A stretch of DNA of 64,000 nucleotides from Takakia lepidozioides (GCA_030704615.1 CM060732.1:20522001-20586000), one strand, 5' to 3'; counted from the stretch's first letter, positions 38,501-51,950 are shown. The notes: generated from the letters alone by a model not told the origin. Made by a program: numbers and translations.

Positions 38501-40669
38501 AACTCTTAGACAATCCCTTGAGCTTTAGTTGTTTTTGGGCTGTTCATGGCCCCTCTCTCTCTTTCTTGTTTCTTTCTTAATCTTGTCCCATAAGCTCTTT
38601 CAGCTTCCCGTGGACGTTATAAAGTTATTTCATGTCTTTCTCACATAGTCACTGCAGCTCCATTTATCACGTGTTGCCCACTAGAGGACTAGCATAGCAG
38701 CACTCAGCAGGTGTTTAGGGCAAAGGATGCTAACAATGTCACAAAGCTATCCGCCAAATGCAAGCAGTGCAGACATGAGCACACCTTTGGATAGCTGTCA
38801 ACTGCTCTAAAAACAGAAAATAAGAGTGAACTAATTGATCATTCCCTGCGAACGTTGGCTATGATCATGTACTCATAAGAAATATTTGCCCTAGCCTTGA
38901 GGCAATGAGAGAACCATGCAAATCTAATACTCCTCACACCAGTTGTGGGGTCACCAGGCTATATATGGGACTCACTCAAAATGGCCACAGCATTCATGCA
39001 CAGCTGATGCAATCAGGTTTCATGAGTCGTGCACCAGCACCCGCACAATACTAGAAATAATGAGGAGTGGATATAGTTGCATTTATCCTTTCTCTCACTG
39101 ATGTCTTCCACTATGAGGATAAAAAATGCTTGGCAGCCTACCTGCACGAGGCCTTCACCCTTCGACATTCGCTAGAACATTAATTGTGGTTTCTGGACTT
39201 GTTCCTCTCTCATGTTTCCATTTTGTCCCATAAGCTCTATGAGCTTTCTGCGGACGTTATAAAGTACCATTTCATTTCATTTCATTTCTCAGGCTGCTCA
39301 CCCTTGGCAGAGTCTTCAGTTCTGAGGAAGTCTAAGGATGGGTGATACTGACTTGCCTACCTTGATACAGCATGCTACTTGGAGGTTTTATTGTGGTTAC
39401 TTCTTTATTTAGTCCTATCACATAGGCACTTGCCCTAATTGCTGACATCGTAAAGTTTCTGGAGCTTTCTGTGGACATTACAAAGTTTCTGTCTTTCCTT
39501 CCTATTTCGTTCCGTCTCTCACACTCTGCTTCCTTCCTGCTCCTCTTTGGTTGGGGCATGGTTGCAGGTGTCTGATTTTGGACTTTCAAAGTTGGTTCCT
39601 TTTGGAAAGGCCCACGTGAGTACACGAGTGCTGGGAACGTTTGGCTACTTCGATCCACAGTACACAGCTGTAAGCTTACAGTGTCTACATGTACAAGTTT
39701 CAGTTTTGAAGTTGAATTTTTCAGTACTAGTACAGGGAAACTGACATATACACACACACCTTGTTGTAGGATTATTGATACAACTGTCTTTGATTGTGTT
39801 GGGTTTTGTGGGGGACCATAGACTGGCCGCTTGACACTCAAGAGTGATGTCTATGGTTTTGGGGTGGTGCTTTTGGAGCTCCTTACTGGTCGTCGAGCCA
39901 TCGATGTCTCCCAGTCCTTGCGCAAGCAGAATCTTGTGTCTCAAGTATGTCTTACACCTTCATGTGATGGCAGTGGCATATTTTTGTCTCTCCCTCTCTT
40001 TATCTTCAGGTGACAGAATGAATTCTAGTAGTTGGTTTCTTTTACACTGTCCATGTTCCCCTGTGGCATTCTGTGGACATAGTTTCTTTCTTTTGTTGTT
40101 TGTTTGTACGTTGCTCAAATCCCGCAAAAGAGAGGAGTAAACATGTAGGATAGGACGCAATGTCCCAGTGTCCCAGGAGTGTTGATCTCCCTATCACAGA
40201 AGTGGAACCAGTGGTGAAGACTGGAAGGTAGACTTTGAAGTGTCGTCAGAAGCTCAGACGAGAAACAAGACATTTATTGAGACCACAGGTGGGCCAGAAA
40301 ATCTATGGCCACAGTTAGATTTGAAAAAGAACACACCGAACAGGTTTTAAGTGAGGGAAATAGAGACATGTCCTCTAATAAGCACACTGCATACGGTTCA
40401 TATGCTTTCATATCTTGAAGAAAACCCCCTGATGCATCTGTCTGTTATTGTGGCAGGTGAGAAGCTTCTTAGGGGACAGGAGAAAACTGCGGAAGATGCT
40501 GGACCCAGAAATAGATCCTCAGACATACTCTTTGGCTGCCATCAAGAAATTTGCTTCCCTCGCTGCCCGCTGTGTCCGTGATGATGATTGCAAGAGACCA
40601 GCCATGACAGAGTGCGTGCAAGAGCTTGAGAAGCTCTACCTTCAAGCAGTGGAGCACCTAAACAGATAG
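35584..40669 (+). CDS. PBL28: Receptor-like cytoplasmic Ser/Thr kinase, PBL28-like (7 coding exons)
   Basis: Exons 35584-35659, 36150-36343, 37651-37849, 38034-38197, 39568-39669, 39822-39944, 40457-40669, all GT-AG and phase-consistent. [64 protein letters not shown]. Confidence 0.92.
36750..37460 (+). mobile_element. 5'-truncated non-LTR retrotransposon (RTE-X-like ORF2 C-terminus) in kinase intron 2
   Basis: [16 protein letters not shown]...RLCPAC...[17 protein letters not shown] domain; 3' UTR; (CATTT)n tail. 5' boundary approximate. Confidence 0.85.
37464..37604 (+). mobile_element. Tandem second copy of the same LINE 3' end
   Basis: Near-identical to 37323-37460, with a (CATTT)4 tail. 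Confidence 0.9.
38272..38642 (+). mobile_element. Cluster of LINE 3'-end fragments in kinase intron 4
   Basis: TATAAAGCAC(CATTT)4 at 38272-38301; diverged copies with GTCCCATA..GACGTTATAAA and TATGAGGATCAGAAATGCTTGGCAGC. Confidence 0.75.
39092..39287 (+). mobile_element. LINE 3'-end copy in kinase intron 4
   Basis: High identity to 37268-37460; (CATTT)4 tail. Confidence 0.9.
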
Positions 40670-42980
40670 CATTCAAAACTGAAACTCTTCTCTCACCCCC
40701 ATTTCCGATCCAAACCATGGGGCCATATGTAAATACTTCTATATGTATACATCCCTCAATAGTGTCAGGAGGATGGGTATCCTTCGGCCGAACATTCATA
40801 AGCGTGGCCAATTTTGTAGAACAGTGTCAACTTGTTATATGTCTCTCTAGCCCCCAAAACAGAAAGGATAGGATCACCTTCCCTTCCATATTCAGCAGCA
40901 GGGTTAATTGGGGCCGATACACAGTAAGATCACCTCCCATTAGACTAACCATTGAATAGGCTTCAGTTTAACAAGCTTTGAAGGGTCTAGGCATCAGACA
41001 TAGAAATCCCACATGGGTACTCTGTACATTAAATTGTGATGGTCTGCCAATCATCAATAAACCAATTGTTTCGATCGAGATTTTGCTGGTTTCTTTGTAG
41101 TTCTTTATTTGCGTCTTTTCCCTCTCTCTTTCCAGATTCTGTCAGGAAGGTCCCATGATTGCAACAACTTCGGTGCTACAATCTGCCTTCCAGGAACTAG
41201 TGAGTATATGAACTGTTTCCCATTCAATTCTCAGGGTCATTGAAGTGTTTTCAATCTCCAATTTCACAGGTTCTATATCTAACCAGGCTTCAGATTATTG
41301 TTGAGTGTAGAATTGCAAGAGATTAGGAATAGGCATGGATTCGAGTTAGGCTGAAAAGTATAGGACACTGTTAAATTCGGGTGGCGACTGAAGGTCGAAG
41401 ACTAGTATGGCCCTAACCAGGGAGGGTTAAGTAACTGGTTGATCGAGTATCCCCTTCATGAGTACCCCTTTTTTTCAACAAAGCTTACGGATCCCAAGCT
41501 GCTTGAATCCGGCGAAAGTACAATAAAATCGCACGCTTGAAGTAAGTTCTTACATTGTTCCTATTGTTTTTCACATAAACCATATTTTTACTTAAAAAGA
41601 TCATTGTTGTCGCTATGGAGAGCCAGGTTTAGCCCTTGTATAGTTGGTTTTTCCATGCATTGTTACGATCATAGTTTTCACTGTATGTCTATGGTCCTGG
41701 GCTCGACGAATCCATATCCGTCGATGGTGGAGGTTATATTAGCCCGGGAACCCAAAAAAAAGTTGAAGAGTACAGCTTTCATTTGTGGGCTGTCGACAGG
41801 AAAAAGTGTGAAGCAGGATGATCTCCGCGTGGATCTCTAGGCGTCAAACCTCCAGTTGGCATCACAAGTACCCTGCCTTCATGTACCACGCTTGGCCAGT
41901 CTGGCTGTGGCCTTGTACCAGCGGCCACCACCCTCATGGCGTAACGGGGTTCCAACCTGGGCAGCACCAAGACAGCAGCTAGCCTACCCGATGACTCCAC
42001 GGAAATAAATCTCTGCAGCTTTCCATCAGATGCTTTGGATCATAACATGAAGATTAAGCTTTCTAAGTCCTTTTCTCTTCAGCCGTTCTTGCTGCAGCTT
42101 CTGTTGAGAAGGCACGATGGGAGATTTAGACGGCCACATTCATATCACGGGCTTTAGTTTAATCCTGACCCTCACTAATGCAAAAATTTGTAGAGGAGGT
42201 TGAAAGTTTAAATAAACTCCTACCCCTGTAGCTGCAGATGCTAGATTCCCGTCTGGCATCGTCCTTGGGAACGTGCTAAGAAAGACCAGATGAGAGTGTG
42301 AAGAAGGTGCTACCTAACTTAGATTGCAAGGCTGCAGGCTGCTGTGAGAGGAGAAGAAAGCATGAATATGCCTACGTAGTACGTAGAACCTAAGGATTAG
42401 AAAGATTGTATGTAGTGCAGGGATCTACTGGTACAGCAAAGCCCTGTCCTGATGGCGTCCTGATCACCGTCATTTGGGTCGAGGAGCTATGGTGACTAAA
42501 GGTGCCGTTATTAATGCTCTTTAAAGACTCTTCCTTCCGGCTGTGCTGTCACCGACCTGCCAGCCAGGGAGGGAGAGAGACAGCCAGCGCGCCCTCCCTT
42601 TTCTCGATTGCCGTTCCTCGGTGAGAGGACGCCCAGGAGAAAGATGGGAAATTTCCCGGATTTTCCGTGAAGGTGGGGCGGCTCGTAGGCAGAATATAGA
42701 GTGAGACAGAGGGTAGGGTGGGGCATGTGGGTTTTGTAGTCAAGTGAGCAGATGCATATAGCTAGTAGTATCTTTGGGAAAGTGGAGAAAGGAGACAATG
42801 CGGCGAGGAAGGTGATGTGAAGAGAGGAGGTATTGAGACTGCTTGCAACTTAAGAACATTACTAGGCGAAGTCGAGACTGTCGAGAATCTCAGGCACTCG
42901 TAGACAGAAAAAAACGATAGGGCCCGGAGAAAGAGAGAGAGAGATCCTTTAGAGCAGCTCAAAGAGAAGGAGACACAGAC

Positions 42981-45012
42981 ATGGCATTGAGCTGGAGATT
43001 GTGGAACGAAAGAAGACAGTCTTTTGTAGCTCTGACGGTTTTCTGTACGACGGCAGCGATCTGCAGTAGGCCTGTACAATCTCAAGGGAATAACAATGCA
43101 GGCTTCACCAAGCTGGATACATTGTTCTATCATCGGACGTGCCCGAGTGTACATAGCACAGTTGCGTCGGCAGTGGCTCTCCACTTGCAAAATGATGCTG
43201 CATCCGGAGCTCCTCTAGTGCGAATGTTCTTTCACGACTGCGCTGTCAATGTATGTCCGCACTCTTTGTTTGAAGCCTACAATGCAGGCTGATTCTAGCT
43301 TGATTCCGAGAGAGTGAGCAGCTCATGATCGAAGTGATAACTGAGGGAAGAGGAACGAGAGAGTTTTGTGTGGGACTGAGTAAAGATTGTGTTGGGGAAG
43401 GAAAGGGTCGGGAGCAGGTCTTGAAGTATGAATGAAAGGTTATAACTACCGAGGGCCCATGGGCCATGATAGAGTATATCACGATCTGCTTGGAGAGATT
43501 TTGCATTTTAAAGCTGCATGCCCAGACAATTCATCGCTGTGGCTGTATTGGCATGGTGGGTGCAGGGTTGTGAAGGATCGGTCTTACTCAATTCGACAGC
43601 AACCAACTCAGCTGAGAAAGATGCAGTCCCCAACCTAACGCTGAGGGGTTTTGATATAATTGATGGGATCAAAGGTGAACTGGAAACAGCCTGCCCCGGC
43701 GTTGTCTCGTGTGCGGACATTGTTGCCCTGGCTTCCCAGCAAGTGGTTGAGCAGGTATGCAATGAACTGAGCTGGACCATGACACCCTCACACGAATACA
43801 GTTGGAGTCGGTTTCTGGACATCAACTTGCTGTTCTCTGCATTGGATATCAGTCCACTCGCTTCACGCCTTGGTTTAGTTTTGCTTCAGGATGGCGTACT
43901 ATATAGAACATTCGATGATGTTCTTCTACTGAAAAGTTCCGAAGTTTAGTCTGAGTTTAATTTAAGGTCTGATTCGCCTTGAATATCCTACTGGTAAATC
44001 AGCGTAACAACCCTTCGCTCTTGAAGAGTATTGACCATCTCTAGAGATTTTCCTCGAAGTTCATAGTGTCTCACATGGTTTATGGATTGTCTGGAGAGCA
44101 GCAAGGGGGACCCTCTTGGATTGTGGAGCTGGGACGAAGGGACGGTACTGTTTCCATTGCTGTTCAAGCGGGCGCTCTGCTGCCTTCTTCACAGTCCAAT
44201 TACCAACAACTTATAGACAATTTCGCAGCGCTGAACTTGACTCCGCGGGATATGGCAACCTTGTCCGGTAAGGCCACTTCTCTTGGATTTTTTTTTCCCC
44301 CATTGAGCACATCCTTCGCTTCCTTGAACGATATTCCCATTCTGGTTGGGTGAAGAGATCTGAATAAGGAGGGTGTTATTCCTCGATCCCTACTAAAACT
44401 CTTACCTGATTCGCAGGAACACACCGTGTTCCACCCCGAGCTCTGGCACTAGGTTTGAAACCCAATCTTCTCGGTAGGCGCAGCTGCACTCTAGCCAAGG
44501 AATCATGTCCTCTCCGGACATTAACGATGGTCATCTAAAACCAAGTCTACACATGTAAGGAAGGTCTTGACCTCTTGTATGGCTTGTCATATGCTGCAGG
44601 TGCACACACGATTGGAAGAGCCCATTGTACGCAGGTAGCAAGACGGTTTTATGGGTTCAACAGTAGCGATGGGATTGACCCCTCGCTCTCCTCAGTTTAC
44701 GGGGATCAGCTGAGGTCGCTTTGTCCCCAACCTTTGGACCCATCAGCACGAGTGCCGCTTGACCCTACCACCCCAAATCAGTTTGATAATTTTTACTTCA
44801 AAGACCTCTTGCAAAATCAGGGTCTTATGTCTTCTGATGCATCATTAATTCTCGATAAACAAACGGTGAGCTACGTCGCGGAGTATGCCAACAACTCTTC
44901 CGACTTCTTCCAGCACTTTGTCGCTGCGATGCTGAAAATGGGCAGGGTAGGCGTCTTGACGGGGTCACAAGGCGAAGTGAGGAGGCAGTGCTCGCTGGTG
45001 AACTCAAGCTAG
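42981..45012 (+). CDS. Class III secretory plant peroxidase (4 exons)
   Basis: Exons 42981-43250, 43566-43754, 44102-44267, 44600-45012 at the canonical class III intron positions; signal peptide; RMFFHDC, VSCADI, GRRDG, SGAHTIG, FDNFY, MLKMG..GEVRRQC. Confidence 0.95.
44370..44500 (-). mobile_element. Possible tRNA-derived SINE remnant in peroxidase intron 3
   Basis: Minus strand TGGCTAGAG...GGTTTCAAACCT resembles partial A/B boxes. Confidence 0.25.
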
Positions 45013-45559
45013 CGTTGGTTTGACCTTGAGGCAATCATCGAGTGTGGATTCTCTCACTTCTACATCTGTGCTACTCACACAACTCCGCAAGGCTAAACTA
45101 AAATTCTGGGTCTAAGAACTAAATGTCTAAGTCCCTTTGCTCAAATTGCTCATGTTTGAATTACATGTATAAAAGAAAACACAGCAATCATCGTAGTGCA
45201 CTAGTTAGTTACCGAGACATACTAACCCTGAAGTGGTGGAGGTTATTACTGGGAAATGTCTTCATGTAAAGTGATGAAGAGAAGATTGGCATTGTGTTGA
45301 GCAGTGCCATAATAAAGAGTCCGGCAACCGCAGAGTTGAAACTTATATATATTTATTTTCCAATTCGTTTCACTGTTCTAGAAGTTTTTATGCAAAATTA
45401 AGAGAAAGTTAGGAAAATTGGCTCAAACCTCATTCTTAACTCTTAGTAGGTTAGTCGTTGGCCCAAGTGTCCAGTGTCATCTAAGTCCAAGTGCAATCCC
45501 CTATGTCCTGTAGTTGGGGAAATCTCCACAACATTGTTCCAGGAAAGCATACTTTCCTG

Positions 45560-45630
45560 TTTTTCACAAATTTCCGGCGACCAAATATACTTGAAATTCC
45601 ATATCTCCCACCATAGGGCTTTCCAACATT
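45560..45630 (+). repeat. Dispersed repeat shared with ~49990-50100
   Basis: AATTTCC.GCGACCAAA.ATACTTGAAA...GGCTTTCCAA in both. Confidence 0.55.
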
Positions 45631-45644
45631 ACGACTTTCCAACA

Positions 45645-47010
45645 TTTTATTTTTATTTTTATTTATTTATAATAAAAAAGGGGTCTGGCCCTAGAAACTG
45701 TATTGGAATTATTTGAAGGGAAAAAAATTAAAACCCTTAGAGTGCCACAAGACTGCCATGAGGCTGATTGCACTTGGAGACCCTGCCGGATGTCTAAGAA
45801 CCATAACTGAGAGCCATTTACCTGGGCCTATCCTAGACCACAGAATTTCAGAGGCGTTCTAGCCTAGAATACAGAGTTATGAACTACACAAAGGGTACTT
45901 GCAACACTTTGAGACAAGAAAATAAGCCAACCCAAGTCGAGCTTAGACTGCACTACGCTATGGGAGGGGACTAGGGTTGGAGCCCTAAGGAGATCGAGCC
46001 AATGTAGGGATTCGGACTTGTTGGCAATTGTGGACACCGTTGCAGGATCTGAGGCTGGGAGTCGGACTGAACGGAGTAATGGAGAGAGAGGGGGGGAGGG
46101 AGGGGAGCGATGAAGTGGAGAAGACCGGAACGGATCAAAGAGACAGAAGAGATTTACGAGCAAGATGCTTATCAATGGAAGTGAAGACGAGCAGAGGAGG
46201 AGGATCTGACATGCTTCCAATTGACTTCAGAGCGCTCAAATTCTGGTGAAGTCGAATAAGTAATTTATGTATCCCTGCCAGCAGGAGGGGATGTTGTCTG
46301 CCCATGAACAGGTGAGATCGTGATTGCAGCTACAAATGATCTTGTCGTTGGCCCAAGTGGCTCTGAAAGTTTGTAGTAGGGCGAACTTGTGCTCGGGTTT
46401 CTTGGCAATTGTTGCACACAGTAGGGCCCAGGCTTTCTTAGCAGCAATTGTAAGATAAAAAAAGACCATAGTAAGGATTGCCGTAGCATTACTGTTCTCC
46501 CTATCGAGGGTCCGAGCACAACGATATTTCCACAGATTCCAGAGCACTGCTCCTCTTAGCGATTCAAAGATTGGACAGTCAGATGCCCTGGTTTTTCCTT
46601 GTTGATTGTAGTTAAGGAGAATGTTGACCGAAGTGGATGGCATGACCTCCCAAGGTGTGTAGAAGGTCCGAACCAAAGGCCAGATGGTGCGGGGAGCTTG
46701 GCAGTGGATTAGACAATGCTCCAGTGATTCAATGGTTTGAGTGGAACAGCATTGACAGAGTAGAGCCTCCTCAAAATTCAGATATTGGCCTACCTTGAGA
46801 ACTCTGTTCGCAACTTGCCAAAGAAAGGCACTAATCTTGGTTGACTTCGATTTTTCCCATACTTGAGCCCAAATCCCCAGTCCTCTTCTTTGAAACTTTC
46901 ATGACTCCATTTGTCATTCCACTTTGTGAAAAGTGGCCTGGCACTTAGCAGAGCTCTGCAGCCTCTTTTGGCCGAGTATGCGAAGAAAGGCTGTTCCAAC
47001 ATTACCAAAA
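45645..47010 (-). mobile_element. 5'-truncated L1-clade LINE
   Basis: Minus-strand C..C...ESLEHCLIHC..W zinc finger, LWNLWKYRC motif, 3' UTR and an A-rich tail (TTTTA repeats on +). Boundaries approximate. Confidence 0.7.
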
Positions 47011-47928
47011 CCGTGGCCTCTATCTAAGCCTTTTGCGTAACTGATACAAAACCGTCGACATGAAGGAGAAATAGAGAATACTAGAACAAGAAGAAGAAAT
47101 CAAGAAGAAACTATTTCCGTGTCGATGGTGGCTATCCTAGCATAGCTACATTTATGAAAGGCACCTCAATTATATCCTAATTCCTAACCCTTATATACCC
47201 TATAGCCTTCATTTTAAAACATACCCTTCAAAAAAGTAGGGTATATTGGACATCGATGTAGGGTAAATATAAGGATAAGGGCATATCATGAACATATACC
47301 CTAATATCCCTAAACGCCCAAGAGGACCTACAGTGGCTTCTCTCTGGTCAAACTTAGTTTTCACTTTTGAATATTTTTTGCATTTGAGTTGAACTAACAA
47401 GTAAAGATAATCAAGTCTAGTCTCTATTCCACTTTATGAGTCATCAAAATTCCAATTATTGAATCGTTTATAGCAATTACCAATGGGTCAAGAGCCAATT
47501 TGTTCTTCAGCATAGTTTTTCTATCGAATTTTTCAACTTAAGAATTCTTTTTTACTTTTAAATATACTAAAGTGTTTTTCATTGTGATTTACACCCAAGG
47601 TAAAATTTTCATAAATTTTGGATACTTATTGTAATTGATATGATTTTTTGAAGACATTAAGCTTAAGAAAATCATAATATTTCACTTTTATTGAGACAAT
47701 TCTGAAAACTTCAAGATTTATAGTAAACATATAGGTTCATCTATGAAAATTACTAAAAATATAATTCTCTCAAATTCTAGAGCTATGGATCGAAGTTTGA
47801 CTACATTGAGAATTGCGTGGTCCTTTAGGGGATATAAGGGTATACATCCGGGTACCTAAACTTGTCACACCATGTATATATATATATATCAATATACCCT
47901 GACTGAGGGTATATCAGGGTAATCAATA

Positions 47929-47968
47929 TACCCGCCCAACACTGGTATAAACCAGTGTTGGGCGGGTA
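47929..47968. mobile_element. Two abutting hAT-like TIRs separated by 8 bp
   Basis: TACCCGCCCAACACTG GTATAAAC CAGTGTTGGGCGGGTA. Confidence 0.7.
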
Positions 47969-48537
47969 CATTGGTCAGAGCCCAGTATGTCCAACCTTGA
48001 CCATCGGGCCCATCCCTACCTTTTATCCCGCACAAGACTTGCCTAGGTGGGGTTTGGCTCTCCCTAGGGCCCGCCCCAAGACTTGTATAGGCCGGTTAGA
48101 GCTCAGCCCAGGTTGGTGATGATTAGTGATAGTTAATGAAATAAGGGTGGAGATCATGAGGTGTAACTTCAGCAATTGGTGATTTTCAATGAAATGAAAA
48201 AATAAATAAAAAATGAGGGTGGCCCAAAATATTTTAGAGAAGTTGGAGTCATTTAAATATATATATATATTTGAAATAAAATTCATGACCTGCCCTGACG
48301 GGAGGGCTTTCATAACAACAAACCCTCTATATCCATGTCGGGCAACGAAGAAATGAACATAGCTAATGCATATCCGCCGACAACAAAATTCTTAATATCC
48401 TCACAAGCCGGCCCGGCGGGCTTTGAATGGGTTTCCATATTGATAAGTCCGGGTCCGGGTCCGTAGGTCATGTTCACACGCTCAACACAGGTTTATTTTA
48501 TACTTAAGAGCTTTTCTAGACCAATCATACTTTTGAT

Positions 48538-48598
48538 AGGGTGTAAGGTCCGTTGACCACATTTTCTCCATTGACTTCAACATCATCCAAAGTCTCTG
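48538..48598 (+). repeat. Dispersed short repeat, copy 3
   Basis: GGTGTAAGGTCCGTTGACCACATTTTCTCCATTGACTTCAACAT nearly identical to the reverse complement of ~28020-28066. Confidence 0.75.
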
Positions 48599-51324
48599 CA
48601 CTGAAGGGACGGAGCCATGGCTTGTCACCTAATGGCTCCTCTTAGTTGATGAGATATGTTAATATCAAATAATATACTTAGATAATTTTGAAGAAATATA
48701 TATAAGTTTATGGTATGTCCAACATGCCTTTGTTTAATACCAGATAAGTAATGTCGGTGAGGCACATTTGTCCAAACATGACTAATTGAGAGCCATAAAT
48801 TGTAGTACTTATAATTCTGAATTGAAAAGAAGTCATGAATACTTACAATTGTTTTGTTGATACAAAATTATCATGTAAATATCTACACTGAGATCTCATA
48901 ATATTATTGTTGGATAGAATAAAGAATTATTACTATTATATATATATATATATATTTGAAAACCATTGAGGGGAAAAGCACTGGAACTAAATTAAAAAGA
49001 GGTGGATTACAACCTTATAACCTTAGGAGTCAGTAATTAATTGTAGTGGATTAGATGAAAGCCACCTAGATAGCTTGTCAAGGTTTTGGTCATGGTTTAG
49101 CTAGAATTACCTACTTCTAGTTAACTATGATATTTTGGATATTCATATTAGTATTTCGTGTTGGGATTTCATTTGGTTTCATATCCCAAGTGGGATGTCA
49201 AGCCTACTTGGGACGTGATGATGGGTTTTACCCTTGTGAGGATTGAGGAGGCTCATCTTCTTGTAGTTGAGTCTCCATAGATTTAGGTATTGAGAGAGTG
49301 ATTTTATGACAGGCTATGTTAATTATATTTTACTGTTGCTAGCATATTTCAGGCACGCTGTAGTAACAATACAATAAAAGAAATTTGTCTTACAGTAAAA
49401 AATAGTTCATTATTTGGTCGAAACAAACTCATCCAAAGCTTGGGCATCACTAGGATTCAAGATGTAAGAATTCTAAACTTTGACAAAAGTCATAGTAATT
49501 GACTAATGATTGAATCTATGTCTATCCATTTACTATCTCTAGACTATTACATCATTACTTGAATTTAAGGTGCCCTCTAGATTTGCGAAGCAAGTGTAGT
49601 CAAGTCAACAGTTTAAGTCCCAAATCCAAGTCTAGCCCACCTAATAAACCAATAACTAGACAACACGTGTCCCAAGTTTTTATGGGGACCCTACTAGTAG
49701 TTGTAAAAAGAACTAAAATAGTATATATTCCAGATCCTATATTCACTTAAATTTCGAAACCACATATTGGTACCCATATTTACTTGTAATTATTTTCTGA
49801 ATTTTATCTGCCAAGAATATATTATACCCTATTGTTTTTTGCACGTAGTATCAGAATATTTGGAAACCCCCCCAGCCAATGTCCTTCCAACACTTGATTT
49901 TTTAATTTTGTTGAATTTTCAGCAACCAAAATTCTTTATAATTCCATAAGTCTCAGGCCAATGATTGTCCCAGGAATTAAGCCCACTTTGCTATTTTTCA
50001 TGAATTTCCAGCGACCAAAATACTTGAAAATCTCCCGATCCAAAAATTATGAGACCAAGCCTGTGCACCCCTCCACATCGAAGGCTTTCCAATGCACCAA
50101 GCACCAGGGCTGGGGCCCGCGGTTTGACAGATCTCAACGACGCTACAAAACAAAACAAAACAAACTACCTTGCTTCAATATTGATGTGGGGAAAGGTCCA
50201 TTTTTTTTTTGTCGCCTAAAAGGTGGTATAAGCTATTAGCATGGAGCTGCACTTGTTTAATTTGTTTCATGGATGCACCCAGAGTTTTGTGGTGTCTAGA
50301 CTTGTCACAAAAGCTCTAGCATATATAAACAAGTTGTTGTAAGCGTGTCTAATTCAATACAGGCCTATCGGTCTGCTCTGAACTACCCTGCATGCACAAC
50401 CCAATAGATACGTGCTTTGTATCTATTAGATTAGATGTTTAAAAACAGACAATCGATTGGGACCGATGCAACATCATCTACATTTGACATTGTGACTTGC
50501 ATGCATTCCGGTCCTCCAACTTTCTCAGTTATTGGGGCCAACTTCCATGTCCTGGCTGTCGGCCCAGATTGCATCAGATGACAAAAATGACACCGTGCTT
50601 CCATGTTTGAATGCCTTCCATGTCGCCGGCCCCTAGATATCGGTGGCAGACATTAGGGAGCGTAATACCTAGGAATTTGGCATCAGTTTTTGCCATAGTT
50701 CATGGCCGATAATCGGTAATCGCTTTTGACCTGTTGTACTATATTACCATGTCTCTTCTACTTGCTGTGAATGTCACATTTGTGCACATTGCTTATTGGG
50801 ACCCACCACACTCTTTGCTTATGCCAGGCTCGTCTTACTCACAAGCTCTTCATATCATCGAGCATATCATCGGACCCGCTAGAGGGTGCTCCTGCCAGGC
50901 TTTGTTTATCTTCATGCCACTCACTCTTCACATGTCGGGTCCCACCAGATATAGTACTTTGGCAACTATAGTGCGCTTGGCGTGCACTGAAGCTCTGTGT
51001 TCTCCATCAGCAAATCTTCACAATCGTCGAGACCCACCAGCTTTTGTCATTTGGCTACCACAAGTAAGTGCACTGTGACCCCACTTATTATGATTATCTT
51101 TTAGTTGTGTATTATATGATATAATGATGAGGAATGTTTGAGGCCGATTAGGGTGTCATTACAATCAATAGTAGAGGTATAGGTAAAGATACACACATAT
51201 AATTATTTGTATTAGGATTTAGGCAAAGATTAGGGGATGATTTTGGAGATATTGAAGAGAAGAGAGAATTATGTAGGGTGTGTGTTGATTGTCGGCAATT
51301 GAGATTAGGTTTATTTTTCTGGCC

Positions 51325-51950
51325 ATGGCGTATGCGAATTCTAGTTCATCAAGGATATGGTTTCCTCTAAAAGGTACTACTTCTCAAGATGTCATTCCTG
51401 AGACCCAAGATGAAGATGAGGTTGTTTATGGGGAACCACAAGGTTTAGAGGCAGGCCGTGTCTACAAAACCTCAAGGTGGACCCCCAATGAGACTTTAAT
51501 CTTGGTATGTGCCAAGAGGCCGATCTTGAGCGCCACGGTCCAAGAGCGACAAACGAATGCTGATGACCACCCTCGTAGACCTCTTGATGCGGTACCTTTG
51601 AAGAAGGTCGTGCTCCATTGCTACATGTGGACTAACCTGCTGTTGTTGCCCCCCTGTGCAGTGACCATTGGAGTCTGGTTATCTTGGAACCGTCTCGCTA
51701 CCTTCACTTGAATAGCATAAGAAGTTTGCACAAGTACCGTGCTTTCAAGCCATTGTTTGGGCCATGGTCAGAGGAATCAGCCTAGAAAGCCCCCAGTGGA
51801 AGGATGCGACTGACCTCAAGCGGTGGTTCTGCCCGCCTGTTCCACAGCAGGCCAACACATGGCAGTGTGGTCTGTTTGTAGCTCATTACATTGAGCTGTA
51901 CTTAGTGCAAACGTACTTGAATCCACAACCTGGTGGTGCAGGCCCGGTAA
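51325..51950 (+). pseudogene. TE-associated gene debris: trihelix/Myb-like helix and Ulp1 (C48) protease C-terminus
   Basis: RWTPNETLILVCAKR; VPQQANTWQCGLFVAHYIE (Ulp1 PQQ.N..CG catalytic segment). Confidence 0.55.

Noticed and set aside
41779-42100. Possible minus-strand gene fragment between kinase and peroxidase
   Set aside because: No recognisable motif or splice structure in any frame.
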